A DNA stretch of 64,000 bases, from NCBI GenBank assembly GCA_038213835.1, contig JBBQSN010000001.1, positions 2,160 to 66,159 on the forward strand. Direction: 5' to 3'. Within the stretch, counting starts at the first letter, position 1. Each line of letters opens with the position of its first letter. A program made the position numbers and the translations under genes. The notes beneath the pieces are model-generated. The model saw nothing but the letters and a program-made list of their open reading frames with translations. It was not told the DNA's origin and did no database searches. This DNA is from Actinomycetales bacterium. Lineage in GTDB: Bacteria; Actinomycetota; Actinomycetes; Actinomycetales; CAWJMD01. Shown one piece after another: positions 1 to 9,214 of the stretch.

Positions 1-2965
1 GCGATCCGGTCGAGGTCAGGCTGCCCGTGTCGTAGGCAGCTGTGCCAGTGAAGGAGAAGCTGGGCTTGGCGCCGACGGAGCCCGAGACCTGCCGATCGAG
101 ATGGCAGTACACCAGCTCGTTGGGGCCGACCACTCGGGGCAGCCCGCACTCGGCGGAGACGTCGCCGAACGTCGGGCTCACCAGGCTCGTCAGGGTCGCC
201 GACCGGGCCGGGTCGAGGTTCATCATGGTGACGTCGAAGCGCACCGTGCCGCCCGGGAACGCGATGACGCCCGGTCCCACCGCGGAGCGGATCCTGAACA
301 GGGCCGGGGGAGCGATGACCTTGACGACGGAGCGGTCGGCGTCGCTGACGGGCGCACCTGACGCGGTGCCTGACGCGGTCAGTGTGGAGGCGACCTCGCT
401 CGGTGCCGTACCTGACACCGCCTCGGAGGCGGTCGTGCAGGTATAGGCCGAACCGGCCGCGATCGTCTGCGGAACGGCGCACGTGCCCGACCCCGCGAGG
501 GAGCCGAGCCGCTCGTCGCTCAGGGTCGTGAGCGTGACCTCCCGGTCCGAGAACGTGTTCTGCACCCGCACGGCATGGTGCACTGTGCCGGACGGCGCCG
601 GGACCCATGGCCGGGACGGGATCTTGCGGACGTCGATGCCCGGCGCGGGGTTCGGCCAGAAGGCGTTGCGGCCGTGGTTGACTCCGCCGAACGCCTCGCC
701 GTCGCTGCCCGCGAAGAGACCGGCGGGCTCCAGCTCGACGGTCAGCACCCCCCGGAAGCCTCCGGCGTTGGGCACCCAGTTCAGGCCCTCACCCGTCGCA
801 GGGTCGAGAGCCGCGATCTGGAACCGGTCCTGGCTCTTGGTCTCCGTCTCCAGGTAACGGAAGTGCCCGCTGACGTAGATGGCGTCCTGTCCCGCGGCGA
901 CGCCTTCGAGGGTGTCGCCGATCTTCTTGGTCCACGTGGGCCGGGTGATCGGATGGGGTGTCATGGAGAAGGCGTTCACCGAGTCGCAGGCCGGGTAGTA
1001 GAAGTGCCCCGCGCTCACGACGTAGGCGGTGGTGGAGTCCGGCGAGATGTCGACGTCGCGCATCCATCCGACCTGTCCGGCGCGCGCGCAGGGCTGGTCG
1101 TAGACGTCCGTGCGCCAGTCGGTCACGCCGGCAGGGCTGGCGGCCACGTCGATCTGGGCGATGAGCGGACGGTCCTGACCGGCGACCCGCCGGAAGTTCC
1201 CGACGATCATCAGGCGGGTCTCGTCCGGCGACAGGGCCATCGCCCTCAGGCCGCCCTCGCTGGTCTCGTTGGTCGGCTCGGTGAGCGGCATCGCGAACCC
1301 AGGTCGTGTCTGTCCGCTGGTGGCGTCGACGGCGACCAGCTTGCTCGTCGGCACCCCGTTGAACAGGTCGAAGTTGCCGCCCACGTACAGCGTGCTGCCG
1401 TCGGTGCGGACCGCGAGGTCCTTCACGTACGAGCTGGAGCTGACCTGGAAGCCGGGGACCGCCGCACCGGTGCCGACGTCGAGCTTCGCGAGGTGCTTCT
1501 GGTTGGAGCCGGCGATGGTGGTGAACGCGCCGCCGACGAACACGGCCCGCCCGTCGGCCGAGGCCTTGACGGCGTTGACGTCCCCGTTCGGTGCGGGATC
1601 GAAGTCGGAGGAGAGCGCGCCGGTCGCCAGGTCGTAGGCCGCGAGGCCGTTGCGGGCTGTCAGCCCGTAGTCGGAGAAGTCGCCGGCGACCAGCAGTGAG
1701 CCACCTGAGGGAACGAGCACGAGTGGGCCGCTGCTGCCGGTGACCGGCTGGCGTGCGAGCGAGCGGGGGGTCTCCGCGTAGGGGACCACCGCCGCGACCG
1801 TGCCACTCGAGATCGTGACGCGGGCCAGGACACCGGGGTTGCCCTTCTCGGGCGTGATCTGCATCGGTCCCCCGATGTACAGGCCACCGGCGCCGTCCAG
1901 GGCCACGGCCGAGAGGCTGCCGCTGATGTTCGTCAGGCTGAGCGCCGTGGGGGCCATCGTGTCCAGGTTCACCCCGGCGAGCCGGTTGCGTGAGCTGCCG
2001 CCGACGTTCCCGAAGCTGCCCGCGATGTAGGCGACACCGGCGGCGGCGTCGTAATCCACGTCCTTGATCGAGTTGTTGACGCTGACGGTGAGCCCGTCCA
2101 GCGCACCGGTGCTCCCGTCGACGCGGGCGATCCGGTTGCGCGTGACGCCGTTGACCTTGGTGAAGTCGCCGACCAGCAGTACGGCACCTGAGTGGGCGAC
2201 CATGTCGTTCACCGCGAGGTTCACCGTACCCGGCTCGAAGCCGGTGTCGAGCGCGCCGGTCGTTGCGCTCACGGCGCCCAGGCGGTTGCGGGTGGTGCCT
2301 TCGATGCGGGCGAAGTCCCCACCGAGGTAGACGCGGCTCGCGTCGGCCGAGACCGCCACCGTGCGGACCGCCCCGTTCGTCACCGAGGTGCCCCACACCA
2401 GCGCGCCGGCGCTCGAGAGCCGTCCCAGGCCACCGGCGGACGACCCCGCGAGCGAGGTGAAGGCGCCACCGACGACGAGGTTGCCACCCGGGAGCGCCTC
2501 GATGTCGTTGACGACGCCATTGGCTGTCGGGGCGAACGAGGTGACCACTCCGGCTGAGTCGACCTGGGCGAGGTTGCTGCGGGGCTGGCCGCCGACGCTG
2601 CTGAACGCCCCCCCGAGGAACCACCCTCCGGCCCCGTCGGCCACCACGGTGGTCACCACCCCGACGACGTCAGGGAAGCCGGGCTGGAAGGACTTGGCGG
2701 CGGTGCTGACCACGCCGACGGCGCCACGGGTGACCGGCCCGACGCGGGTGAAGGTGCCGCCCATCACCACGCTGTCGCCGACCTGGGCGATGCTGCGCAC
2801 CTCGCCGTCCACGGCGTGCACGGCGGCGTCACGGGGGCGCTCGGCGACGACGCCGGGGGAGGCGTCGGGGTCTGCGACAGCGGCAGGAGCCGGAAGGGCG
2901 ACCAGCAGGCCCAGCGTCAGGCAGACCGCGGTGACTGCGGAGCGGAGCGTGGTGGTCACGGGCAT
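1..2965 (-). CDS. Large secreted repeat protein whose C-terminal end runs off the left edge: signal peptide, DUF5122/delta-60-like beta-propeller blades, then an Ig-like beta-sandwich region
   Basis: This gene is absent from the ORF track because it has no stop inside the window. The reverse strand from ATG 2965 (GAAGGA 3 nt upstream) is open to base 1: MPVTTTLRSAVTAVCLTLGLLVALPAPAAVADP... About 11 blades follow, each with a motif like GG-F-x-x-V/I-x-G-x-x-RNRLA-x-VD-x-x-TGAL. Codon position 3 is strongly G/C. Track ORFs 575..1699 + and 789..2624 - are shadow frames. Confidence 0.8.
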   Translation of the reverse strand, partial: MPVTTTLRSAVTAVCLTLGLLVALPAPAAVADPDASPGVVAERPRDAAVHAVDGEVRSIAQVGDSVVMGGTFTRVGPVTRGAVGVVSTAAKSFQPGFPDVVGVVTTVVADGAGGWFLGGAFSSVGGQPRSNLAQVDSAGVVTSFAPTANGVVNDIEALPGGNLVVGGAFTSLAGSSAGGLGRLSSAGALVWGTSVTNGAVRTVAVSADASRVYLGGDFARIEGTTRNRLGAVSATTGALDTGFEPGTVNLAVNDMVAHSGAVLLVGDFTKVNGVTRNRIARVDGSTGALDGLTVSVNNSIKDVDYDAAAGVAYIAGSFGNVGGSSRNRLAGVNLDTMAPTALSLTNISGSLSAVALDGAGGLYIGGPMQITPEKGNPGVLARVTISSGTVAAVVPYAETPRSLARQPVTGSSGPLVLVPSGGSLLVAGDFSDYGLTARNGLAAYDLATGALSSDFDPAPNGDVNAVKASADGRAVFVGGAFTTIAGSNQKHLAKLDVGTGAAVPGFQVSSSSYVKDLAVRTDGSTLYVGGNFDLFNGVPTSKLVAVDATSGQTRPGFAMPLTEPTNETSEGGLRAMALSPDETRLMIVGNFRRVAGQDRPLIAQIDVAASPAGVTDWRTDVYDQPCARAGQVGWMRDVDISPDSTTAYVVSAGHFYYPACDSVNAFSMTPHPITRPTWTKKIGDTLEGVAAGQDAIYVSGHFRYLETETKSQDRFQIAALDPATGEGLNWVPNAGGFRGVLTVELEPAGLFAGSDGEAFGGVNHGRNAFWPNPAPGIDVRKIPSRPWVPAPSGTVHHAVRVQNTFSDREVTLTTLSDERLGSLAGSGTCAVPQTIAAGSAYTCTTASEAVSGTAPSEVASTLTASGTASGAPVSDADRSVVKVIAPPALFRIRSAVGPGVIAFPGGTVRFDVTMMNLDPARSATLTSLVSPTFGDVSAECGLPRVVGPNELVYCHLDRQVSGSVGAKPSFSFTGTAAYDTGSLTSTGS

Positions 2966-3231
2966 GGGTCCTTCGTGAGATCGTAACGTAGCGTGCGTAC
3001 TGTCACCCGGTCTGCGTAGCGCGAGCCTAGAGGCGGCGGCACTGCCCCGTCCGGCGTTACCGCTGGTTGCCAGCCGTTCGCCTGGAAGGCCGAACGCGAT
3101 CGGGGCAGGACGAGGGACGAGCAGGCCACAGATTCCCGAGGTCTGCTCCGTACGGGTGGCGACACGCGGCTGCGAACACGGCCACCCTCCACGCGAAGCA
3201 CAGCGCCGGGACGCTGGCGCGCGAGGCGACC

Positions 3232-3948
3232 GTGTCCCACGATGGTGGGGTGCCCGGGCAGAGACCACGCGACCACGGCGACAGCCGGGCACCCGACGAC
3301 GTGTCCCCGGGTGCCGGTGAGGACTCCCACGCACCCGCCGAGGTGCTCGGCGGGTACGCCACCCCCCGGTGGGAGCGCTGGTGGCTCTCGGTGTCGGCAG
3401 GCCGCCGACGAGCCGCCAGGCTCGGGACGGCGACCGTCGTCGTGGTCGCGCTGGCTGCCACCGGGGCGGTCGAGCTGCACGGGTGGATGGACGAGCAGGA
3501 CCGCCGCAGGATCGTCAGCCTCGCGGTGTCCATCGGCGTGTGGACGTCGTCGTCCTCACCGCCGGGAGGGCACGTCACCTACTACCTGGCGATCCGCAAC
3601 TCCGGGGTGGCTCCGCTCGAGGTGATGTCCGTGGCGGCCTCGGGTGACCGGCTCCGGCTGCGCTCGCGTGATGACGACGCCCGCCGGCTGGAGGCCGGAC
3701 GCGAGATCCTGGTGCCGATGTCGGCGCTCCTGACCTGCTCGTCCCGCACCGCCGACGCCGGTCTGCAGGTCCGGATCGACGTCCGTCGCGGCGACGGGAG
3801 CGTGGCCCGTCAGCTCCCTGCCTTGCCGGACGCGAGCCTGGTCCTCGACCCCGCCGAGACCTTGTGCGAGGTACGGCCCGCGCTGGTCGACTACGAGCTG
3901 TCCGGACCCGTCCTGCGTCCCGCGACGACCGACCGGGGTGACGGCTGA
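3232..3948 (+). CDS. Hypothetical single-pass membrane protein
   Basis: Corresponds to track ORF 3067..3948 and has high GC3. It has one hydrophobic helix (LGTATVVVVALAATGAV) followed by a beta-rich ectodomain. I recognise no family. The start is uncertain: GTG 3232 was chosen, and other in-frame starts exist between 3067 and about 3350. Confidence 0.55.
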   Translation: MSHDGGVPGQRPRDHGDSRAPDDVSPGAGEDSHAPAEVLGGYATPRWERWWLSVSAGRRRAARLGTATVVVVALAATGAVELHGWMDEQDRRRIVSLAVSIGVWTSSSSPPGGHVTYYLAIRNSGVAPLEVMSVAASGDRLRLRSRDDDARRLEAGREILVPMSALLTCSSRTADAGLQVRIDVRRGDGSVARQLPALPDASLVLDPAETLCEVRPALVDYELSGPVLRPATTDRGDG

Positions 3949-4179
3949 GTGGCTGCGAACCGATCTGGCCGGCCCGCCCCGCGCTGGGGCCTCCGGACGC
4001 TCGCCTTCCTCACGCTGGCGGCGGCGTGCGTCCTGACGTCCAACCTCATGTACGCCCGGGACGACGCCAGCTGGGTGCTCCTGACCTTCGGCGGCACCGT
4101 GATCGGCCTGGTCGGCGCAGCCGTCTGCTCCCTGCGTGGCCTGTGGACGATGCTCGGGTCCGGCCCCCGCGGCGGGTGA
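3949..4179 (+). CDS. Small two-helix membrane protein (hypothetical)
   Basis: The GTG start directly abuts the upstream stop (TGAGTG). The product has two hydrophobic segments and high GC3. Confidence 0.5.
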   Translation: MAANRSGRPAPRWGLRTLAFLTLAAACVLTSNLMYARDDASWVLLTFGGTVIGLVGAAVCSLRGLWTMLGSGPRGG

Positions 4180-4200
4180 GACCCGCTGCCCGACACGGCA

Positions 4201-5631
4201 CTACGCGAGGGGGGCCGTCGACCGGCCCTGCGTCCCGACGGTCCACCACCGCACCTCGACGCTCCCGGCTGCCCGGTCGGCACCGGCGACCAGTCCGGTG
4301 CTGTCCGCCGACTCCGGGTAGACCCGAGCGGTGAGGGCATGCCCGTCACCGGCGAAGACCTCGACGACAGATCCGTCCACCAGCACGCGGAGCTCAACCC
4401 CGCCGCCGGCGTCGAGGCCGACGGGCATCCCGAAGGTGCCGCCGAGGGTCCCGGTGCCCCGGCTCGAGCGGTCGCGCGAGAGGTACACCTGGCCGGCGTC
4501 GTCCACGCCGACCTCCGTCAGCTCGGTACCGTCCGCGTTCGCGAGCACCTGCAGCCAGACACGGCCGCCGGCCCCCGGGACGAGCCTCGCCTCGACGTCG
4601 AGCGCCCGTCCGGCGTCGACGTCGAGAACGGCGGGCTCCCCGGGCACCAGCTCGCGATCGGCACGACCGCCGTCGGCACCGCGCAGCAGGAGGAGCTCGT
4701 CGGCCGGGGAGAACCGCGGGGTGCCGTCTGCGGCGAGCTCGATCACCCGCGGGACCGTGAGCAGCCCCGCCCAGCCGTCCTGCTCGACCGCGCTGTCCTC
4801 CCGGGCCTCCCAGACCCACCCCCACAGCAGGCAGCGTCCGGTGGCGTCGACCGTGAGGGCGGGAGCGTAGAGGTCGGGGCCGTGGTCCAGCCGGCCCGCA
4901 CCGTCCGGCTCCAACCGATCGCCGCGGAGCCGGCCGACAACGTACTCGACGTGCGAGGGGCCGCTCCCCTCACGCCAGGCCGAGATGACCAGCAGCGCGC
5001 GGTCACCGCGCACCAGCAGCTGCGGGCACTCCCACGCGTCGCCCGTGTCGCGTCCGCTCACGACGGCGTCCGTCGCCACGCAGAACGGGCCCGTCGCCGA
5101 CCAGCTCAGCAGGTCGTCCGAGCGGTACTGCAGGACCACGCCGGTGCCGTCGCGGTATCCGCCCCCGACGAGCATCCGGTACCCACCGTCGACAGCCCGG
5201 ACGAACGGGTCCCGGAACTCGGCGAGCTCGGCCGCCTCGGGGGGGCGCCGCATGACGGCGTCAGGGTCCGGGACCCACTCCAGCGCACCGGGGACGGGAC
5301 GAGCCACGCACACCGTCTGGTGCTCCACGCCCTCGAGGTTGCCGCTGTAGACCAGCCAGGCATGGCCATCCACCAGCACCGCACTGCCCGACCAGCAGCC
5401 ACCCTCGTCCGGCCCGCCCGGTCGCGGTGCCAACGCGACGGGGTGGGTCGTCCAGTGCACCAGGTCCGCGCTGGAGAAGTGCGCCCAGTGCACGTCGCCA
5501 TGTGCCGTCCCAGCGGGGTTGTGCTGGCAGAACAGGTGGTAGCGGCCGTCGATCACGACGGGCGCGTTGGGGTCGTTGATCCAGCCGGACGCCGGTCGCA
5601 CGTGGAAGCCCGGGCGGTGGTGCTCGCTCAC
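4201..5631 (-). CDS. Glycoside hydrolase family 32 (beta-fructofuranosidase / sucrose-6-phosphate hydrolase-like), cytoplasmic
   Basis: GH32 signature motifs are present: WINDPN, FRDPF and WECPQL. There is no signal peptide. The track ORF 4201..6075 is over-extended into the upstream permease gene. GTG 5631 is the first plausible start after the permease stop at 5667; its RBS is weak. Confidence 0.9.
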   Translation of the reverse strand: MSEHHRPGFHVRPASGWINDPNAPVVIDGRYHLFCQHNPAGTAHGDVHWAHFSSADLVHWTTHPVALAPRPGGPDEGGCWSGSAVLVDGHAWLVYSGNLEGVEHQTVCVARPVPGALEWVPDPDAVMRRPPEAAELAEFRDPFVRAVDGGYRMLVGGGYRDGTGVVLQYRSDDLLSWSATGPFCVATDAVVSGRDTGDAWECPQLLVRGDRALLVISAWREGSGPSHVEYVVGRLRGDRLEPDGAGRLDHGPDLYAPALTVDATGRCLLWGWVWEAREDSAVEQDGWAGLLTVPRVIELAADGTPRFSPADELLLLRGADGGRADRELVPGEPAVLDVDAGRALDVEARLVPGAGGRVWLQVLANADGTELTEVGVDDAGQVYLSRDRSSRGTGTLGGTFGMPVGLDAGGGVELRVLVDGSVVEVFAGDGHALTARVYPESADSTGLVAGADRAAGSVEVRWWTVGTQGRSTAPLA

Positions 5632-5666
5632 AGTCGACCCGCCCGGTGGCCACCACCCACCGGCCG

Positions 5667-6593
5667 TCAGCCCTTCACGGAGCCGGCCGTCATGCCGCGC
5701 ACGAAGTAGCGCTGCAGCGACAGGAAGACGATCAGGGGCACCAGCATGGTGAGGAAGCCTCCGGCGGTGATGAGGTGCCAGCCCTGGCCCTGCGCTCCGA
5801 GCAGCCCGGCGAGCTGGACGGTCATCGGCGCGTTGGTCCCGGGTCCGATGAACAGCAGCGCGATGAGCAGGTCGTTCCAGACCCAGAGGAACTGGAAGAT
5901 GGCGAACGACGCCAGCGCCGGGGTCGAGATCGGGATGATGAGCCGCCAGAAGGTCTGGAAGTGGCTGGCGCCATCGATCTTCGCCGACTCGATCAGCTCC
6001 TTGGGCAGGCTGGCCATGTAGTTCCGCAGGATGAAGATCGCCAACGGCATGCCGAACCCGATGTGTGCCAGCCACACAGCTGGGAATGTGCCGTTCAGGC
6101 CGAAGTTGCCGTAGAGCTGCAGCAGCGGCACCAGCGCCACCTGGCTGGGGATCACCAGCAGGCTGACGATGAGGATGAACAACGCGTCCCTACCCGGGAA
6201 GTGCATGAAGCTGAAGGCGTACGCGGCGAACGCGGCGATCATGATCGGAATGATCGTGGCCGGGAGCGTGATGGCCATGCTGTTGACGAACGCCTGGGCC
6301 ATGCCTCCACGGTCGGCCGCCTCGGCGTAGTTGTTCAGCGTGAAGTCCAACGGGGAGGCGATCGCCGTCCACCATCCGGTGGAGTTGGCCGCGTCCGCGG
6401 TGCGCAAGGACGTCACGAGCAGTCCGATGACCGGGACGATCCAGAGCAAGCAGATGACGAACAGGACGGACTTGACGAGCTTGCCGGCGCGCTTCTGCCC
6501 GGAACCCGGACCCCCGTCGCTGCCCATGACCTTGCGAGCCCTCTTCTCGCCCTTGACGGGGGTGGGCGGTACGCCCGTGCTGATGGCGGTCAT
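5667..6593 (-). CDS. Carbohydrate ABC transporter permease (MalG-like)
   Basis: Contains the EAA-loop region (ESAKIDGASHFQTFWRLIIP) and six hydrophobic segments. ATG 6593 overlaps the upstream TGA (ATGA at 6590-6593). Confidence 0.9.
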   Translation of the reverse strand: MTAISTGVPPTPVKGEKRARKVMGSDGGPGSGQKRAGKLVKSVLFVICLLWIVPVIGLLVTSLRTADAANSTGWWTAIASPLDFTLNNYAEAADRGGMAQAFVNSMAITLPATIIPIMIAAFAAYAFSFMHFPGRDALFILIVSLLVIPSQVALVPLLQLYGNFGLNGTFPAVWLAHIGFGMPLAIFILRNYMASLPKELIESAKIDGASHFQTFWRLIIPISTPALASFAIFQFLWVWNDLLIALLFIGPGTNAPMTVQLAGLLGAQGQGWHLITAGGFLTMLVPLIVFLSLQRYFVRGMTAGSVKG

Positions 6594-7573
6594 CGCGTGG
6601 CCTCCTGTTCCCGGAAGTTGCGTACCTGGTAGACCATGATCGGCACGACGGCCAGCATGAGCATGACCACGATGGCCGACGCGTACCCGGCATTGCCGTT
6701 GGTGAAGAGCTGGTTGTAGAAGTCGACCGCGATGACGTTGGTGTTGAAGTTGCCGTTCGTCATGACGTAGACGATGTCGAAGACCTTCATGACCCCGATG
6801 GTGACGGTGATGAACACCGTGACGACCGTCGGCCAGATCTGCGGGACGACCACGCGGAAGAACGCCTGGACCTCGTTGGCGCCGTCGATCCGAGCCGCCT
6901 CGATCGTCTCGGTGGGAACTCCCTTGACGGCCGCGGACAGCAGGACCATCGAGAACCCGACCTGCGCCCAGATGAGGATGACCATGAGGAAGAAGCTGTT
7001 GAGGCGGAAACCGCTCTCCTGCAGCCACACCACCGGGTCCAGCCCGACAGCGGTCACGATGGCGTTCTGCAGACCGATCTGCGTCCGGCCCTCGGGCCGA
7101 GCCTCGTAGATGAACCGCCAGATGGTGCCGGCGCCCACCATGGAGATGGCCATCGGTAAGAAGATGATGGTCTTGCTGAGCTTCTCCGGTCCCGGTCTCA
7201 GCCGGTCGGCCAGCACGGCGACCCCCAGACCCAGGGCCACCGTCACCGCTGGGACGATGATGATCCACAGCAGGGTGTTGAACAGGGTGTCCCGGAAGTT
7301 CGGCGAGGCGAGCAGGTCGGTGTAGTTCGAGAGGCCGACGAACTCGCTGGAGTCGCGGTCGGCGAAGCTCAGGATGATGGTCCTGACAGCCGGGTAGAGA
7401 AGGAACACGGCGATCGCGGCGAAGGCGGGCCCGATGAACACGAAGGGCTTGATCCGCTCCTCCGTCTTGGACGGGAGCATCTCGACCAGCTTGTTGAGCA
7501 GGTAGTACAGGATCAGGGCACCGCCCACCCCGGCGACGATGGCGATCAGTGCGTTGAGGATCTTGAAGGTCAC
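6590..7573 (-). CDS. Carbohydrate ABC transporter permease (MalF-like)
   Basis: Contains the EAA-loop region (EAARIDGANEVQAFFRVVVP). The GTG 7573 start is preceded by AGGAGG with a 5-nt spacer. Confidence 0.9.
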   Translation of the reverse strand: MTFKILNALIAIVAGVGGALILYYLLNKLVEMLPSKTEERIKPFVFIGPAFAAIAVFLLYPAVRTIILSFADRDSSEFVGLSNYTDLLASPNFRDTLFNTLLWIIIVPAVTVALGLGVAVLADRLRPGPEKLSKTIIFLPMAISMVGAGTIWRFIYEARPEGRTQIGLQNAIVTAVGLDPVVWLQESGFRLNSFFLMVILIWAQVGFSMVLLSAAVKGVPTETIEAARIDGANEVQAFFRVVVPQIWPTVVTVFITVTIGVMKVFDIVYVMTNGNFNTNVIAVDFYNQLFTNGNAGYASAIVVMLMLAVVPIMVYQVRNFREQEATR

Positions 7574-7659
7574 TGGGCCCTCCTAGTGGGAACGCTCGTC
7601 CTGTGTGTTCACGCCACGGTCGGGTGGGCGGAGGATCCCGCCCACCCGACCGTGCTCGA

Positions 7660-8973
7660 CTAGCTCGCCGGCCAGCTCTGCTCGATGGCTGTCAGCGCCT
7701 CGGACATCGACTTGGAGTCGTTGGTCCAGGCAACCATCTCGCGCCAGAAGCTACCTGCACCGACCTCGCCGGGCATCAGGTCGGAGCCGTCGAAGCGGAA
7801 GTCCGTGGCGCCGTAGGCGATCTCGCTGATCTCCTTCATCGTCTCGTTGGGCTGCTGGCTGAGGTCGAAGCCCGTGTGCGCGGAGATGTACCCGCTGGTC
7901 TCCACCCAACCGCCGAACTCCTCACCAGTGATGTACTCGAGCACCTTGATGGAGTCCTCGTCGTCCTTGCTGAACAGGCCAGCGATGTCACCGCCACCCA
8001 GCACAGGGCTCTCCCCCGCCTCGATCGGCGGCAGCTGGAACACGCCGGCACGGTTGTCGAGGTCCTCGATCACCTCGGCGGGGAAGCTGCCCGGCAGCGC
8101 CAGGAAGCTGGCCTGGCGGTGCAGCATGCAGCCGGGGGGCTGGTCGAACATCGGGTTCGCAGCAGTGGCGAACGCCGTGCTGGCGATGGACCCCTGACCG
8201 CCGAGGACGTTGCCCTCGCCGGTCCAGATCTCCTCGACGTAGCCGGCGGCCTCCTGGACCATCGGGTCGTCGAAGGGGATCTCGTGCTTGACCCACTTGT
8301 CGTAGCCCTCGGTGCCGCCGACGCGCAGGACGTAGTCCTCGATCCAGTCGGTGGCGACCCAACCGGTGGCCGGCCCGCTCTCGATGCCGATGCACCAGGG
8401 CGTGATGCCGTCGGTCTTGATCTGCTCCTGCAGGGCCAGCAGGTCCTCGTGGGTCTCCGGGATCTCGTAGCCCGCTTCCTCGAAAGGCCCCTTGGGATAC
8501 CAGACCAGGCTCTTCACGCTGATGGACATGGGGGCTGCGTAGATCGCACCCTCCTCGTCCGTGGCAGCGTCCAGGATGCCCGGCACCACGGACTCCTCGA
8601 GGGCGTCCATGTCCAGGACGTCGCGCAGGTCCGCGAGCTTGCCCGACCGGGCGATGTCCAGCGTGATGCCCGGCTGCGGGAAGATCGCGATGTCCGGCAG
8701 GTTGTTGCCCTGGACCCGGCTGCGGACGAGCTTGTCGAAGTCCGGCGTCGGGGAGAACTTGACGTTGATGCCCTCGTCCTCGGCCCAGGCGCCGACCTCC
8801 TCGATGAAGGCGTCCGACTGCTCGTTGGCGAAGCCGTACATGACCTCGACCTCGCCGTCGCCGCCGGCATCACCGCCGCTCCCGCCGTCACCGCCGCCGT
8901 CGCTGAGACAGCCAGCCAGCAGGAGCGTGCTGGTCGCGACCAGGGCCAGCCTCGTCGTGTTCCGTGCGCGCAT
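7660..8973 (-). CDS. Sugar ABC transporter substrate-binding lipoprotein
   Basis: Has a lipobox (LLLAGC) followed by a Gly/Asp-rich linker and looks like a family-1 solute-binding protein. ATG 8973 is preceded by GAGGGA. The track ORF 7660..9111 is over-extended. Confidence 0.9.
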   Translation of the reverse strand: MRARNTTRLALVATSTLLLAGCLSDGGGDGGSGGDAGGDGEVEVMYGFANEQSDAFIEEVGAWAEDEGINVKFSPTPDFDKLVRSRVQGNNLPDIAIFPQPGITLDIARSGKLADLRDVLDMDALEESVVPGILDAATDEEGAIYAAPMSISVKSLVWYPKGPFEEAGYEIPETHEDLLALQEQIKTDGITPWCIGIESGPATGWVATDWIEDYVLRVGGTEGYDKWVKHEIPFDDPMVQEAAGYVEEIWTGEGNVLGGQGSIASTAFATAANPMFDQPPGCMLHRQASFLALPGSFPAEVIEDLDNRAGVFQLPPIEAGESPVLGGGDIAGLFSKDDEDSIKVLEYITGEEFGGWVETSGYISAHTGFDLSQQPNETMKEISEIAYGATDFRFDGSDLMPGEVGAGSFWREMVAWTNDSKSMSEALTAIEQSWPAS

Positions 8974-9057
8974 TCTCGTCCCTCTCAAAGGTCGACGTCG
9001 TTGTCCTTCGTCCTCGTGCCGCGTCACGGCGATCGGGCCGCCGGTGATGCTGATCAC

Positions 9058-9071
9058 TGAAAACGATTCCA
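9058..9071. promoter_or_regulatory. Candidate LacI-family operator upstream of the sugar-uptake operon
   Basis: The sequence TGAAAACGATTCCA fits the LacI/GalR pattern TGnAAnCGnTTnCA and is self-complementary at 10 of 14 positions. It lies 85 bp upstream of the binding-protein start, in an unusually A/T-rich patch. Confidence 0.45.
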
Positions 9072-9179
9072 GCAACGTGACACCCGGGGCAGGTCCATCG
9101 CCAGCCTTCACGGGTAACGATTCGACATCGGGTCGACGTGGCGAGCTTCATCGGGGCCGATACTGGGCGGCGCAGTCCC

Positions 9180-9193
9180 TGAACACGTTTTCA
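9180..9193. promoter_or_regulatory. Candidate LacI-family operator (autoregulatory position)
   Basis: The sequence TGAACACGTTTTCA is self-complementary at 12 of 14 positions around a central CG. It lies about 22 bp upstream of the LacI start. Confidence 0.5.
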
Positions 9194-9214
9194 TTGCGGG
9201 TCGGGAGGTTGGCG

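Noticed and set aside
789-2624. A 611-aa minus-strand ORF, plus 575..1699 + and 2361..2978 +.
   Set aside because: These ORFs are out of frame with or antisense to the beta-propeller gene (frame set by ATG 2965). Their translations are Arg-rich and low-complexity.
9112-9126. A third LacI-like site (GGGTAACGATTCGAC) in the lacI / binding-protein intergenic region.
   Set aside because: It shares only the AACGATTC core with site 9058-9071. The outer half-site positions do not fit TGnAAnCGnTTnCA and it has poor dyad symmetry.
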